Below are positions 20,873-31,055 of a stretch of 64,000 nucleotides of DNA, piece after piece. The stretch's first letter is position 1, and every line of letters starts with the position of its first letter. Origin of the DNA: Candidatus Levybacteria bacterium RIFCSPHIGHO2_01_FULL_41_15 (GTDB lineage: Bacteria; Patescibacteriota; Microgenomatia; Levybacterales; UBA12049). The stretch lies in NCBI GenBank assembly GCA_001782165.1, contig MFNV01000009.1:56123-120122 (forward strand), read 5' to 3'. The notes under the pieces are model-generated. The model had not been told where the DNA came from, made no database searches, and saw only the letters and a list, made by a program, of their open reading frames with translations. The translations under genes and the position numbers were made by a program.

Positions 20873-22708
20873 TTAAATCTTAAGAACTGCCAGGAAGGCT
20901 TCTTGGGGGATTTCTACTTGACCAAATCTTTTCATCCGCTTTTTTCCTTTTTTCTGCTTTTCTAAAAGCTTCGTTTTTCTTGTAACATCTCCTCCGTACA
21001 ATTTTGCCGTTACGTCTTTTCGATAAGCAGGGATTGTCTCTCGTGCCAAAATTTTTCCACCAATCCCCCCTTTTATTTTCGCGTAATTAATAACAGCCTG
21101 TATGGGAATCGGAATATTTTGACGGGGGATTTCTTCTTTAAGTTTTGCAACAAGTTTTCTTCCGAATTCATCTGCTTTTTCAGTCGGAATCACCTGAGAT
21201 AAACCTTCAACCGGCTCGTAATTTACAAGAATATCAAGCTTTACCAGTTTGGCCGGACGGTAATCTAAAATTTCAAAATCAAAAGAAGCATACCCGGATG
21301 TTTTAGATTTTAAGTCATCATAATAACCTATCAATATCTCAAGAAGAGGAATAACTGCTTCAATCTTTTGAGATGCTCCTATGCTTTCGGAGTTTTCAAT
21401 TGTCCCCCGTTTACTGTAAACCAACTCATTTATTTGTCCGAAATATTTTTGGGGAGCGAAGATCGTAATCTTCGCATACGGCTCCTTTATCTGAGACTGT
21501 GGGCTTGGACTAAATTCGGAAGGCTTATTGATGATTTTTCCGTCAATAATAAAGTTAACGGAAGGTGAGGCAGCGATAATATCAAGACCGTACTCACGCT
21601 CAAGTCTTTCCTGTGTAATCTGAGCATGCAGAAGTCCAAGAAAGCCTACGCGAAGACCTTGTCCTAAACTTATTGAGGATTCGGGAGAATAGGAAAGCGC
21701 AGCGTCATTGAGTTTTAATTTTTCAAATGCTTCTTTAAGCTTTGGGAAATCTCTGGAATCTGTTGGGAAAAAGGATAAAAACACAACTGGCCTTGGGTTC
21801 TGGTACCCCGGAAGAGGGAGGGCAGGATTTTTTTCCTGAGTTATTGTATCGCCTACATTGACAACTGATAAATCCTTTATATTTGTGACAATAAAACCTA
21901 CTTCTCCTTCCTTTAACTCCTGAGTATAGTAAGGCTTGGGAGTAAGAAAGCCCGCCTGCAAAACATTTCCTTTTGCCTTTGTTGCAAGAAAAGAAATTTC
22001 ATCTCCTACTCTTAGTGATCCGCCGAAAAGCCTAACTGTTGCAACTACTCCTTTATAAGGATCAAGGCTTGAGTCAAAAATCAATACAGAGAGATTAGAG
22101 TCAAGAGTCAAAGATTCGGGAGGAGGAATTTTTTTGACAATTTCATCTAAAAGATTTTTTACATTTTCTCCGGTCTTTGCTGAAACCTTTATTATCTCCT
22201 CTTCTTTAAATCCCAAATCCATAAGTTCAAAAATTGTCTTTTCGATATTTGCAGAAGGCATGTCGATTTTATTGACAATAGGAATAAGGGTAAGGTTGGC
22301 ATTCATTGCAAGATTGAAATTCGAAAGAGTTTGAGCCTGAATTCCCTGTGTCGCATCAACAACTAATATCGCTCCTTCAACAGAGGCAAGAGATCTTGAA
22401 ACTTCGTAGGAAAAATCAACATGCCCGGGAGTATCTATTAAATTTAGAATGTATAATTCAGAATCTATAATTTTTTTATTTTCATTCTGAACTCTAAATT
22501 CTGAACTCTGAATTCTGTATTGGAGTCTTATTGCTTTAAGTTTAATAGTAATCCCGTGTTCTCTCTCAAGCTCAAGACTGTCCAAAATCTGCTCCTCATG
22601 TTTCTGGGGAATGGCACCGCAAATTTCCATGATTCGGTCAGCAAGTGTTGACTTCCCGTGATCAATATGCGCTACAATCGCAAAATTCCGAATGTGATTC
22701 TGATCCAT
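20873..22708 (-). CDS. lepA: Elongation factor 4
   Basis: AHIDHGKSTLAD, DTPGHVDF and YGGDVTRK motifs. Confidence 0.98.
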   Translation of the reverse strand: MDQNHIRNFAIVAHIDHGKSTLADRIMEICGAIPQKHEEQILDSLELEREHGITIKLKAIRLQYRIQSSEFRVQNENKKIIDSELYILNLIDTPGHVDFSYEVSRSLASVEGAILVVDATQGIQAQTLSNFNLAMNANLTLIPIVNKIDMPSANIEKTIFELMDLGFKEEEIIKVSAKTGENVKNLLDEIVKKIPPPESLTLDSNLSVLIFDSSLDPYKGVVATVRLFGGSLRVGDEISFLATKAKGNVLQAGFLTPKPYYTQELKEGEVGFIVTNIKDLSVVNVGDTITQEKNPALPLPGYQNPRPVVFLSFFPTDSRDFPKLKEAFEKLKLNDAALSYSPESSISLGQGLRVGFLGLLHAQITQERLEREYGLDIIAASPSVNFIIDGKIINKPSEFSPSPQSQIKEPYAKITIFAPQKYFGQINELVYSKRGTIENSESIGASQKIEAVIPLLEILIGYYDDLKSKTSGYASFDFEILDYRPAKLVKLDILVNYEPVEGLSQVIPTEKADEFGRKLVAKLKEEIPRQNIPIPIQAVINYAKIKGGIGGKILARETIPAYRKDVTAKLYGGDVTRKTKLLEKQKKGKKRMKRFGQVEIPQEAFLAVLKI

Positions 22709-22989
22709 AGCAAGAATTATACCAAACCTAGATGCAAACGTGATGAATTAATATTTAATCTGTAAATCTAATGATCTGAATCATTAGATTAAATTACTTC
22801 ATTGGAAGTTTTAAATATGGGGTACTAAAACTTAAACAAGTCATTCAGAAGAAAGCTTATCTTCTTTTAAAAATTATTCGATTATTTTTTTAGAATAGAT
22901 CTCGATATCTTCTTCCTCGAAATATATTTTGAAATCATCAACAGAACTCTTTTTATTCATAGTGGGAAAATTATATCAGAGAGCGAGGA

Positions 22990-23562
22990 TTATATCACGC
23001 TCAGCATTTTATCGATTCTCTTAATTCTTTCCTTGAGAGTTCCGCTTAATAATTCAAATGGAATTTGAGATTCTTTAAAAAACTCTAAAAATGCGTTGTG
23101 AAAAGCTTGTCTTGTATCTTCATCTTCCTGCCGGACTTCATCTTTTTCATATGAGATACCAGCAGGATCCAAAAGAAAAAACTTATGGTAGGTGGGGAGC
23201 CAAAATTTAACTCTTTCCAATAATTCATTTGCTCCTTTTATATTTCCTGTGGATTTTACATAAACCACTGCATCTATTACAGACCTATCGCAGAAAATTA
23301 TCTTTGCTCCTGATTTGTGTGCTTCTTGTTCTCTTGCAAGCATTATGGACTGCACCTTACCTTGGGCTTTCCTACCAAATCTTTCTCTAATGTGTGAATT
23401 TGATTTAAAAAAATCACGGGCTGCCTCATGGACAAAAGCTACGGAAGAATCCTTGCCCATTCTTTTTTTGTATTTCCAAAGAAGAGTAGTTTTTCCCGTA
23501 GCGCTTGTCCCAACAAACGCAATTTTTATTTGTTTTTTATTATTTGATGTTAAGCTCATCAA
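22990..23562 (-). CDS. AAA_28/NadR-like P-loop ATPase
   Basis: GTSATGKTT, E.AR, CDRSVID and YEKDEVR motifs. Confidence 0.8.
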   Translation of the reverse strand: MMSLTSNNKKQIKIAFVGTSATGKTTLLWKYKKRMGKDSSVAFVHEAARDFFKSNSHIRERFGRKAQGKVQSIMLAREQEAHKSGAKIIFCDRSVIDAVVYVKSTGNIKGANELLERVKFWLPTYHKFFLLDPAGISYEKDEVRQEDEDTRQAFHNAFLEFFKESQIPFELLSGTLKERIKRIDKMLSVI

Positions 23563-25217
23563 ACTTTAAACCTTGTGCCGTCGAGAGTTTCTTCGGATTT
23601 TGATAGAATTTCTCTCCAATTTCCTATTCTTTTAAAAATAAGAAGGAATGTTGAGGCCTCCTTAACATCAAAAAGCCAGGTTAGAAAAAGGTAAAGAGAT
23701 AAACCTGCAAAAGAAGAAATTCCTGTCAGAATCAAAAGATTAACTGTCCGAGTAGTATCAATAACCAGCTGATCCAAAAGTTTTATGGGAATATAAAGAG
23801 CAAAACCTGTAAAAAAAGTGGCAAAGAAAATTTTTGAAACTGAGAACAAAAATTCAAATTTTTTAAATCCTCCGACTTTGATATCAAAAATAATGAGGGA
23901 TATCAACAAATTTAATATTGATGCTATAGAGAAAGAAATTGCAAGACTTTCGACTCCCGCGTGATAAACAAATATAAAGAGCCAACCCATTCCTATCATA
24001 AGAAAGGTTGTCAAAGCCCCGACAAGAAGAGGTGTCTTGGTATCATGGAGAGCATAAAACCCGCGGGAAACCAAATAGATTAAAGATTGTGCAAAAATTG
24101 AAATACTGAAGAAGGCAACGGTTTTTCCGGTTAAGACCGTTGCCTGCCAATCAAACTGCGATGCTCCATAGACAAGACGCACGATTGGAATTCTCAACAC
24201 CAAAAGAAGGACAGAAATTGGCAAAATTAGATATAGCATTTGATTAAAACTTGTTAGAAAAGTTGTTTTAAAATCTTCAATCTTATCTTTTTCTCGCGAT
24301 AGAACAGGAAAGGCAGCCTGCGCTATTGCCTGCCCTATCAAAACGACTGGGGCAAATGAAAGAGTTTGAGCATAGTCAAAAATAACGTATTTCCTTCCCG
24401 GATCGGACAGAAAAGAAACCAGAGTAACCGTAACAATTGTCCCAAGCTGAAAAATTGCAATTGATAAAGTTCTTGGCCACATAAGCTTTATAATCTGGGC
24501 AATTCCTTTCTCCCTAAAAGAAAAGACAGGATGGAAGGAAAATTTAACGCTTTTCACGAGAGGAATCTGAATCAAAACAAAAATAAGAGCTCCTAGAATT
24601 ACACCATAGGCAGCGGAGAAAATTCCGGCCACAGGATATAAGGTCACTATTGCTATTATGATCCCTAAGTTATATAAGGCAGATGCGATGCCTGGAATAA
24701 AAAAATGATTATATGACTGAAGAACTGCCGAGAAAAAACTTCCTACTATAAAAAGAAGCTCCCCTACTATTATTATTCTCATTAAATTTGCCATAAGAAC
24801 AAGCTGTTCATTATTGAAACCGGGAGCCAAAATTTTTGAAAAATTGTAAGAAAAAATAAAAAGAACAATCGCAAGAACAGAAAAAGCTATAAGACCAAAG
24901 GTAAGAAGGCTCGAGGCTATTCTATGAGCCTTATCATATTCGCCTTTCCCCAAATAATCAGAAAAGACCGGAATAAAAGCAGAGGAAAGGGCACCTGCTA
25001 TGATCAGCTGGAAAAGAAAATCGGGAAGTTTTGATGAAGCCAAATAGACTCCCAAAGTGTTAGAAGCTCCGAATATTGCAACAAGAAGCCTTTGTCTGAC
25101 AAGCCCTAAAATCTGAGACAGAACTATTGTTGCCATTATTATAAAAGCTGCTGTTAAAATGTTTGTTTGTCTTCTAAGAAGTAAGTTGAGGCCTGTTGCG
25201 AGAATATTGCGAGCCAT
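23559..25217 (-). CDS. murJ: Lipid II flippase MurJ
   Basis: SQILGLVRQ, AFIPVF and RGFYALHDTKTP motifs; multi-TM. Confidence 0.95.
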   Translation of the reverse strand: MARNILATGLNLLLRRQTNILTAAFIIMATIVLSQILGLVRQRLLVAIFGASNTLGVYLASSKLPDFLFQLIIAGALSSAFIPVFSDYLGKGEYDKAHRIASSLLTFGLIAFSVLAIVLFIFSYNFSKILAPGFNNEQLVLMANLMRIIIVGELLFIVGSFFSAVLQSYNHFFIPGIASALYNLGIIIAIVTLYPVAGIFSAAYGVILGALIFVLIQIPLVKSVKFSFHPVFSFREKGIAQIIKLMWPRTLSIAIFQLGTIVTVTLVSFLSDPGRKYVIFDYAQTLSFAPVVLIGQAIAQAAFPVLSREKDKIEDFKTTFLTSFNQMLYLILPISVLLLVLRIPIVRLVYGASQFDWQATVLTGKTVAFFSISIFAQSLIYLVSRGFYALHDTKTPLLVGALTTFLMIGMGWLFIFVYHAGVESLAISFSIASILNLLISLIIFDIKVGGFKKFEFLFSVSKIFFATFFTGFALYIPIKLLDQLVIDTTRTVNLLILTGISSFAGLSLYLFLTWLFDVKEASTFLLIFKRIGNWREILSKSEETLDGTRFKV

Positions 25218-25251
25218 TGTGTTTTATAGTATAGCATGGTAAAATCTGCGC

Positions 25252-25554
25252 ATGCCAGTAACAAAAAGTGCAAAAAAGAAGCTAAAACAAGACAGAAAGA
25301 GAAGAGAACAAAACAAAAAGTTTGAAGAGCTTCTGAAGACAAAATTAAAAAGAGTCAAAAAAAATCCCTCTGAAAAAACAATACAAGAGGCAATAAAATT
25401 AGTTGATAAGGCAGCAAAGAAGAGATTGATTCATAAAAATAAGGCCTCAAGAATTAAATCTAAACTTTCAAAACTTCTTGCCCTGAAAACTCCAAAGAAA
25501 GCTTTACCAAAAGCTTCCAAAAAAACAAAAAAATCCAAGGCAAAAAAGGCGTAG
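25252..25554 (+). CDS. rpsT: 30S ribosomal protein S20
   Basis: KSAKK..Q and DKAAKK..IHKNKASRIKSKL motifs. Confidence 0.95.
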   Translation: MPVTKSAKKKLKQDRKRREQNKKFEELLKTKLKRVKKNPSEKTIQEAIKLVDKAAKKRLIHKNKASRIKSKLSKLLALKTPKKALPKASKKTKKSKAKKA

Positions 25555-25599
25555 TTTATCTTTGACAAAACCCCCGAAAATCCCTAGACTAAAGTTGTA

Positions 25600-26139
25600 A
25601 TGCCTAAAAAATTTTATCCCTCTCTCAATCTTTTAAAGGATAGGGAAGAAAAATTCTTTGATAGATTTATAAGTTGGGCACTAACAATAGGACGCCTCGT
25701 TGTAATTCTAACAGAAATAATTGCACTTTCAGCATTTATTTATAGATTTACTCTGGATCGTCAGCTGATTGATCTTCATTCCCAAATAAAACAGAAAGGA
25801 ATTATTGTTTCTTTTTTAAAAAATAAGGAAGACACATATAGAGACCTGCAGGGAAGACTTTCAATAACTTCGGCTTTTTCTGATTCAGCCAATAGAAAGG
25901 TAAAAATTCTTGAAGATATTATTGGATTTGCTCCTTCGGGAATGAGTTTTAATCGAGTAGATATTTTAGAAAACAGAATAAGCGTTGACGCAAATTTTCA
26001 ATTTATATCTTCACTAAAATCTTTCGTTGATTCCTTAAAGACCTATCAAAATGTAGAAAGTATAAGTATAAATAAGATAGACAATCGGCTCTCAAGTGCT
26101 GTAATTACGGTTAATATTACAGCCGATTTAAAGAAGTGA
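25600..26139 (+). CDS. PilN-like type IV pilus alignment protein
   Basis: NLL, TM, coiled coil and ferredoxin-like domain; upstream of a PilO-like gene. Confidence 0.7.
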   Translation: MPKKFYPSLNLLKDREEKFFDRFISWALTIGRLVVILTEIIALSAFIYRFTLDRQLIDLHSQIKQKGIIVSFLKNKEDTYRDLQGRLSITSAFSDSANRKVKILEDIIGFAPSGMSFNRVDILENRISVDANFQFISSLKSFVDSLKTYQNVESISINKIDNRLSSAVITVNITADLKK

Positions 26140-26759
26140 AAATGAAACTAAGCATAGAAAACATTCTTGGAGGAGTAAAGGCAAACAAATACCTTAAATT
26201 TATCCCGGATATTAAAAGGGAGAAGACTCAAAGAATTTCAACCATTGTGCTTTCGCTATTGGCTCTTTCTTTTTTCTCTCTTTTTGCAATAAATCCGACT
26301 CTTTCAACAATTGCAAATTTAAGAAAACAATTATCAGACAGTAAATTTGTTGATGAGAAACTCCAAGGAAAAATCATCAATCTTTCCTCACTCTCCCAAA
26401 AATATAATTTACTTGAGAGCGATATACCAATTGTTTTTGCGGCAATTCCCAAAGAGCCTGAAGCTCCAACTCTTATGGGTCAAATACAGGCTCTGGCACA
26501 AAACTCTAATATAAAAATTGAGAATGCCCAGACTTTTCAAGTTGAAGCAATAAATAAAGACAGAAGTTCAAAAGAGTACATATCTTTTCATTTTACTATT
26601 CAGGGACAAGGTTCCTTCAAGGATACTCTTGATTTTCTTTCATCTTTAGGAAATATGCAGAGGGTAATATCCCTTGATACTATTTCGGTTGGTAAAAAGA
26701 TTAATCAGGAAAATCTTTTGCAGATAGGAATCAAAGGGACTGCATATTTTAAAGAGTGA
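26136..26759 (+). CDS. PilO-like type IV pilus alignment protein
   Basis: AIP..PEAPTL and GSF....FLSSL.NMQRVI motifs. Confidence 0.75.
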   Translation: MKMKLSIENILGGVKANKYLKFIPDIKREKTQRISTIVLSLLALSFFSLFAINPTLSTIANLRKQLSDSKFVDEKLQGKIINLSSLSQKYNLLESDIPIVFAAIPKEPEAPTLMGQIQALAQNSNIKIENAQTFQVEAINKDRSSKEYISFHFTIQGQGSFKDTLDFLSSLGNMQRVISLDTISVGKKINQENLLQIGIKGTAYFKE

Positions 26760-27052
26760 TTATGAAACAAAGAGATCTTCTTTTTCTTTCCATATCAACG
26801 TTCGTTTTAATAATTGCCTGGGTGGGATTCAGCATTTACCATAATTCGGTTGCTTCAACAATCTCAGAAAAAGTTGCAGAGAAAATAGCTCCCATAAATC
26901 CAACTTTTGATACAAAAATTATAAATCTGATAAAGGAAAGAGATGCAATTGTTCCTCTTTGGGAAGGAAGGGAAGCTTCCGAGAGCTCTCTGACACCTCC
27001 TGAAGAACCAGCAACAAATCCCGATCAAGAACAAGCTGGTGAAACACCATGA
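26756..27052 (+). CDS. Small single-TM protein in the pil operon
   Basis: N-terminal TM, PINP.FD motif; overlaps the PilO-like stop. Confidence 0.7.
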   Translation: MIMKQRDLLFLSISTFVLIIAWVGFSIYHNSVASTISEKVAEKIAPINPTFDTKIINLIKERDAIVPLWEGREASESSLTPPEEPATNPDQEQAGETP

Positions 27053-28398
27053 GAAATACAATCTGGCAAAAAAGAATTCCAACGCTTCTTGGAATACTTT
27101 TTATAACTATAGGCATTGGAATAACAACATACCTTATTAAAACGGGCGTATTGTTTACAACAAAAGCAGGACCCTCCGAAGATCCTCACAATGTCCGAAT
27201 AACAAATATCACAGACAGTTCTTTTACAGTATCCTATACAACAGCGAATAAAGTTGTAGGTTCTGTCAATTACGGCAGGGATCAAGATCTTTCACAAATA
27301 ACGCTTGACGATCGGGATGAAAACGGAACAGTATCAAACTTTTCGATTCACTATATAACAGTTAAGAATTTGGAGCCTCAAACAACGTACTACTTGTCAA
27401 TTAACTCCGGGGGAGAAACATTTACCCAAGATGGATCTTTGTATAGAATTCAGACAGTCTCTCCTATTCCGCGTCTTGGAGAAGAGGATAAATTAATAAG
27501 CGGAAAAATTCTTTTTCCCGATTCATCCACAAGAGAAGCCTTAGTTTATATATCGGCAGATGAAACAAACACTATATCAACCTTAGTAAAAGAAGACGGC
27601 ACCTATTCTATTCTTCTTAATTTATTAAGAGGCAAGGACATGTCTTCCTATTATAGTTTGTCAGAGCAAACTCCCTTTCGCATGTTGGTTGAGGGGCAAA
27701 AAGAGTCGTCAAATGTGAGATTTAATATTCCTCCATCAGGCGCTCTTCCCGACATAGGTTTAGGGAATGAATATGATTTTACTTCCGAAAACTTACCCGA
27801 AGCTACTCAATCCGCGGCAAGTATTTTTTCATCCTTAGATCTTCAGGGACAAACTTCCCCAATGCCAAAAATTTCAATCCCCAAGGAAAATCAGACATTC
27901 ACCGACAATCAACCCAAATTTACCGGCACTGCTGTCCCGCAAAGTTCTATTGAAATAGTTATTCACTCCGATGAAAACATAAGAACACAGGTTACCGCGG
28001 ACCTTAGAGGAAATTGGAGCTTTAGACCCTCCTTACCCCTTTCTCCAGGAGTTCATACTATTACAATAATTGCCAGAGATGCGGGGGGAATATTGCGAAC
28101 AATTACTCAGTCCTTTACTATTTTTGAATCAGGAACACAAGTTGCAGAGGCAGCTACCCCATCTGCTACCCCTGTGGTAACCATCACTCCAACACCCACC
28201 CCGACTATGCAACCTACTCCTACAACAGTGATCATAACTCCGACTCCAACAACGCCACCTCAAGTGACAATTGTCCCCTCTCCCACAATACCTCCTCCCG
28301 GAAACTCATCTGCTCTGCTTTTGGGAATATTGGGCGTAGGACTTTCTGTTTTAGGTTTCTTTATATTACTTCTGTCTAGGGGCGCTTCTTCCTTATGA
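27049..28398 (+). CDS. Surface protein with FN3 and bacterial Ig-like domains, PT linker and C-terminal TM
   Basis: P.NVRITNITDSSFTVS..LEPQTTYY (FN3); P.FTGTA..GNWSF..LSPGVH (Big). Confidence 0.85.
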   Translation: MRNTIWQKRIPTLLGILFITIGIGITTYLIKTGVLFTTKAGPSEDPHNVRITNITDSSFTVSYTTANKVVGSVNYGRDQDLSQITLDDRDENGTVSNFSIHYITVKNLEPQTTYYLSINSGGETFTQDGSLYRIQTVSPIPRLGEEDKLISGKILFPDSSTREALVYISADETNTISTLVKEDGTYSILLNLLRGKDMSSYYSLSEQTPFRMLVEGQKESSNVRFNIPPSGALPDIGLGNEYDFTSENLPEATQSAASIFSSLDLQGQTSPMPKISIPKENQTFTDNQPKFTGTAVPQSSIEIVIHSDENIRTQVTADLRGNWSFRPSLPLSPGVHTITIIARDAGGILRTITQSFTIFESGTQVAEAATPSATPVVTITPTPTPTMQPTPTTVIITPTPTTPPQVTIVPSPTIPPPGNSSALLLGILGVGLSVLGFFILLLSRGASSL

Positions 28399-28484
28399 GG
28401 ATAGCAATTGCGGGAGTCGCTCTTTTGCCCACCTTATAAACCTGGTATCGATTTTAAACTTTACTTAAAATCTAAATAAAAAGC

Positions 28485-29693
28485 GTGTATAATCTTCCAG
28501 TATTCTTACAATTTATGAGAAAAAACAAACTTAATGTTTTTTTAATATTTTTTTTAATATTTATAATTACGTTTTTTATCTATTTTATTACTTCTCCAAA
28601 AAATACTTATTTTGATTATTTTACAAGACTTGCATATGCTTTTATTAATCATAGACTTTATCTCACAGAACACCCCTCATGGTTAAGTGAATTAATTCCA
28701 ATAGGAGGGGGATATTTCGTTGTCTATCCCCCTATGCCAGCAGTGTTACTTGTACCTTTTGTTATTTTTTTAGGTGCAGGTATTTCTCAAACTATTTTTT
28801 CTATACTTATTGGAAGTATAAATCCGGTTATATTATATAGCCTTCTCACAAGAATAAAAATAACTACTAAAACAGCACTCATTGCTACGGTTTTCTTTGC
28901 ATTTGGAACAAACTATTGGTTTTTATCCAGTATCGGCTCTGCCTGGTATTTGGCTCACATTGTTGCAATCTTTTTTCTTTTGCTGGCCATAAGAGAAACT
29001 TTTGGTAAACAAAGATTGCTTTTAATAGGCTTACTTTTGGGAGCAAGTTTTTGGTCAAGGTCAACGATAATTTTTACTCTTCCCTTCTTTCTTTTTTATA
29101 TGAAAGGGAAATTCTGGCCTCTTAAAAAAGATTCATTCCAAAATCTCATAATTTTAGCTCTTGGAATAGGTTTTTTTGTTTTTCTCGACGGAATTTATAA
29201 TTATTTAAGGTTTCAAAAAATTAGCCCTCTTTCTCCCTATGAAATGGTACCCGATTTACAAAAAACAGAAGCAATGAGAAAAGGATTATTAAGCTTTGCA
29301 AATATACCAAAACATATAGACGTAATGTTCTTGAGATTACCGAAAATCCAAAACTCCTGGCCTTATGTAATTCCATCCCTATATGGAATGGCAATTTGGT
29401 TTACTTCCCCCGCGATTATTTTAATTTTTAGGGCAAAAAAAACTCTTTTAATGTTTGCCTGCTGGACCGCAATTATTACCACTTTTTTTATGATATCTCT
29501 TTGGGCAGAAGCCGGCTTTTCTCAATTTGGCTATCGGCTTGCTCAAGATTTTATGCCCTTTATAATCATCTTAGTTGCTCTAGGAATAGGTCAAAAGCCG
29601 GGGAAAATTGTTTATTTTCTTCTCTTAATTAGTATCTTAATCAACCTTTGGGGAGTTATAATGATTAACTTTCTAAATACCTGGGTAATTTAA
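28485..29693 (+). CDS. GT-C-like membrane glycosyltransferase
   Basis: Multi-TM; YPPMPA and QFGYRL motifs. Confidence 0.7.
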   Translation: MYNLPVFLQFMRKNKLNVFLIFFLIFIITFFIYFITSPKNTYFDYFTRLAYAFINHRLYLTEHPSWLSELIPIGGGYFVVYPPMPAVLLVPFVIFLGAGISQTIFSILIGSINPVILYSLLTRIKITTKTALIATVFFAFGTNYWFLSSIGSAWYLAHIVAIFFLLLAIRETFGKQRLLLIGLLLGASFWSRSTIIFTLPFFLFYMKGKFWPLKKDSFQNLIILALGIGFFVFLDGIYNYLRFQKISPLSPYEMVPDLQKTEAMRKGLLSFANIPKHIDVMFLRLPKIQNSWPYVIPSLYGMAIWFTSPAIILIFRAKKTLLMFACWTAIITTFFMISLWAEAGFSQFGYRLAQDFMPFIIILVALGIGQKPGKIVYFLLLISILINLWGVIMINFLNTWVI

Positions 29694-29708
29694 TTAATAA
29701 ACTTTAAC

Positions 29709-31055
29709 CTACTTCCAGCTCGTAAACCAAAAATAAGAATCGTACCAACTGGTGCATCCCTGAGGATTTATACACCGAGGTATATGAATTGCCGTCCACA
29801 AAGGAAAGAAATAAACAAATAAAACTAACAACAGAGAAAGAAAAGTTATTACGAATGCTTTACCGATTTTTTGAAACAAAAGTTTATTAAGAACATAACC
29901 CGTTGCAATTGCCAAAAACGGAACTGCCGGCATATAATGATAATAAAACATAATTCTCGGAGAACCAACCCATGGCAGAAAAAACCCAAAATATCCAATA
30001 AGAACTACTGCGATGCCTAAAGTCCTTTTTCTAATGAATTCAAAGAGAAGAAAAATAACTGATACTAACCCAAACCACATAAAAAGCGGGTTGCCCAAGT
30101 TATAAATACTGGCGATCGTATTATCTTTGTAATCTACATAAATCCAAACCGGACGAAGATCAAATACCCATTGAGCCGGGGTTGATTGGGATGGATGATG
30201 TGCCTTAAGACGTGTATGGTACCAATATATCTGTTTCTGCAAGCCAATAAAAGTTTCCGTGTTAAAAACTGACGGGTTGTTTCCGGGAGGAGTATGTTTT
30301 CCGGTAAAAAATGGCAAATAAACAGCTAAATAAACAAGCAAGGGAATAATTAAAAAGAATAAAGGCGCTGCTATTAAATTTTTAATAGCGATTCTTTTGG
30401 AAATATTTTTTTTCCTAAGCTTTAAAATAAGCTCACCTATATATATTATGCCGATTATTTCTACTCCAAAGAGTCCAGTCCATTTTGAAGCGATAGAAAG
30501 TCCCAACGACAAGCCCATTAAAAATTTTCGGTTGTATAAGAAAAATAAGAAAGCGAGCAAAATAAAAAATAAAAGATACATATCGTTCATTGCAATACGC
30601 GACATAACAAGAAGCAAACCATCTAAAGAAGCGGTAAGAGACGCAAATAATGCAATTAAACGGTTTTTAAAAAGTTTATAACTAATTAAGTAAATAAGAA
30701 CTATTACGCCAAAACCAAAAAGGGCTGAAAAAAATCTCCATGCAAAAGCATTATCTCCAAAAATAGACATTGCAATTACCATAAATTCTTTAGCTAAAGG
30801 TGGATGCGTCCATTCATACGCAAATCCTTTCGGAGGAGTGTTCCACCATTCCCACGCAGCCGGATTGCCCTTGAACATTTGTTCTGCGGTAAAAGCATGG
30901 TAAACTTCGTCAAACATATAAGTACTTGGTACATTTAATCTTAGGAGGCGGGTAAAAAATGCAAAGGCAAAAATTATAATTTCGGGAAGCCAGTTTGTTT
31001 TGCTTAAGATTTCTTTAATTAGGTGTTTTACTTTTAATGTGATTACTTTTAACAT
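29709..31055 (-). CDS. Protein O-mannosyltransferase (PMT, GT39)
   Basis: FDEVYH, HPPLAK, SRIAMND, ASKW and H..QS motifs; C-terminal PMT_4TMC region. Confidence 0.9.
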   Translation of the reverse strand: MLKVITLKVKHLIKEILSKTNWLPEIIIFAFAFFTRLLRLNVPSTYMFDEVYHAFTAEQMFKGNPAAWEWWNTPPKGFAYEWTHPPLAKEFMVIAMSIFGDNAFAWRFFSALFGFGVIVLIYLISYKLFKNRLIALFASLTASLDGLLLVMSRIAMNDMYLLFFILLAFLFFLYNRKFLMGLSLGLSIASKWTGLFGVEIIGIIYIGELILKLRKKNISKRIAIKNLIAAPLFFLIIPLLVYLAVYLPFFTGKHTPPGNNPSVFNTETFIGLQKQIYWYHTRLKAHHPSQSTPAQWVFDLRPVWIYVDYKDNTIASIYNLGNPLFMWFGLVSVIFLLFEFIRKRTLGIAVVLIGYFGFFLPWVGSPRIMFYYHYMPAVPFLAIATGYVLNKLLFQKIGKAFVITFLSLLLVLFVYFFPLWTAIHIPRCINPQGCTSWYDSYFWFTSWK

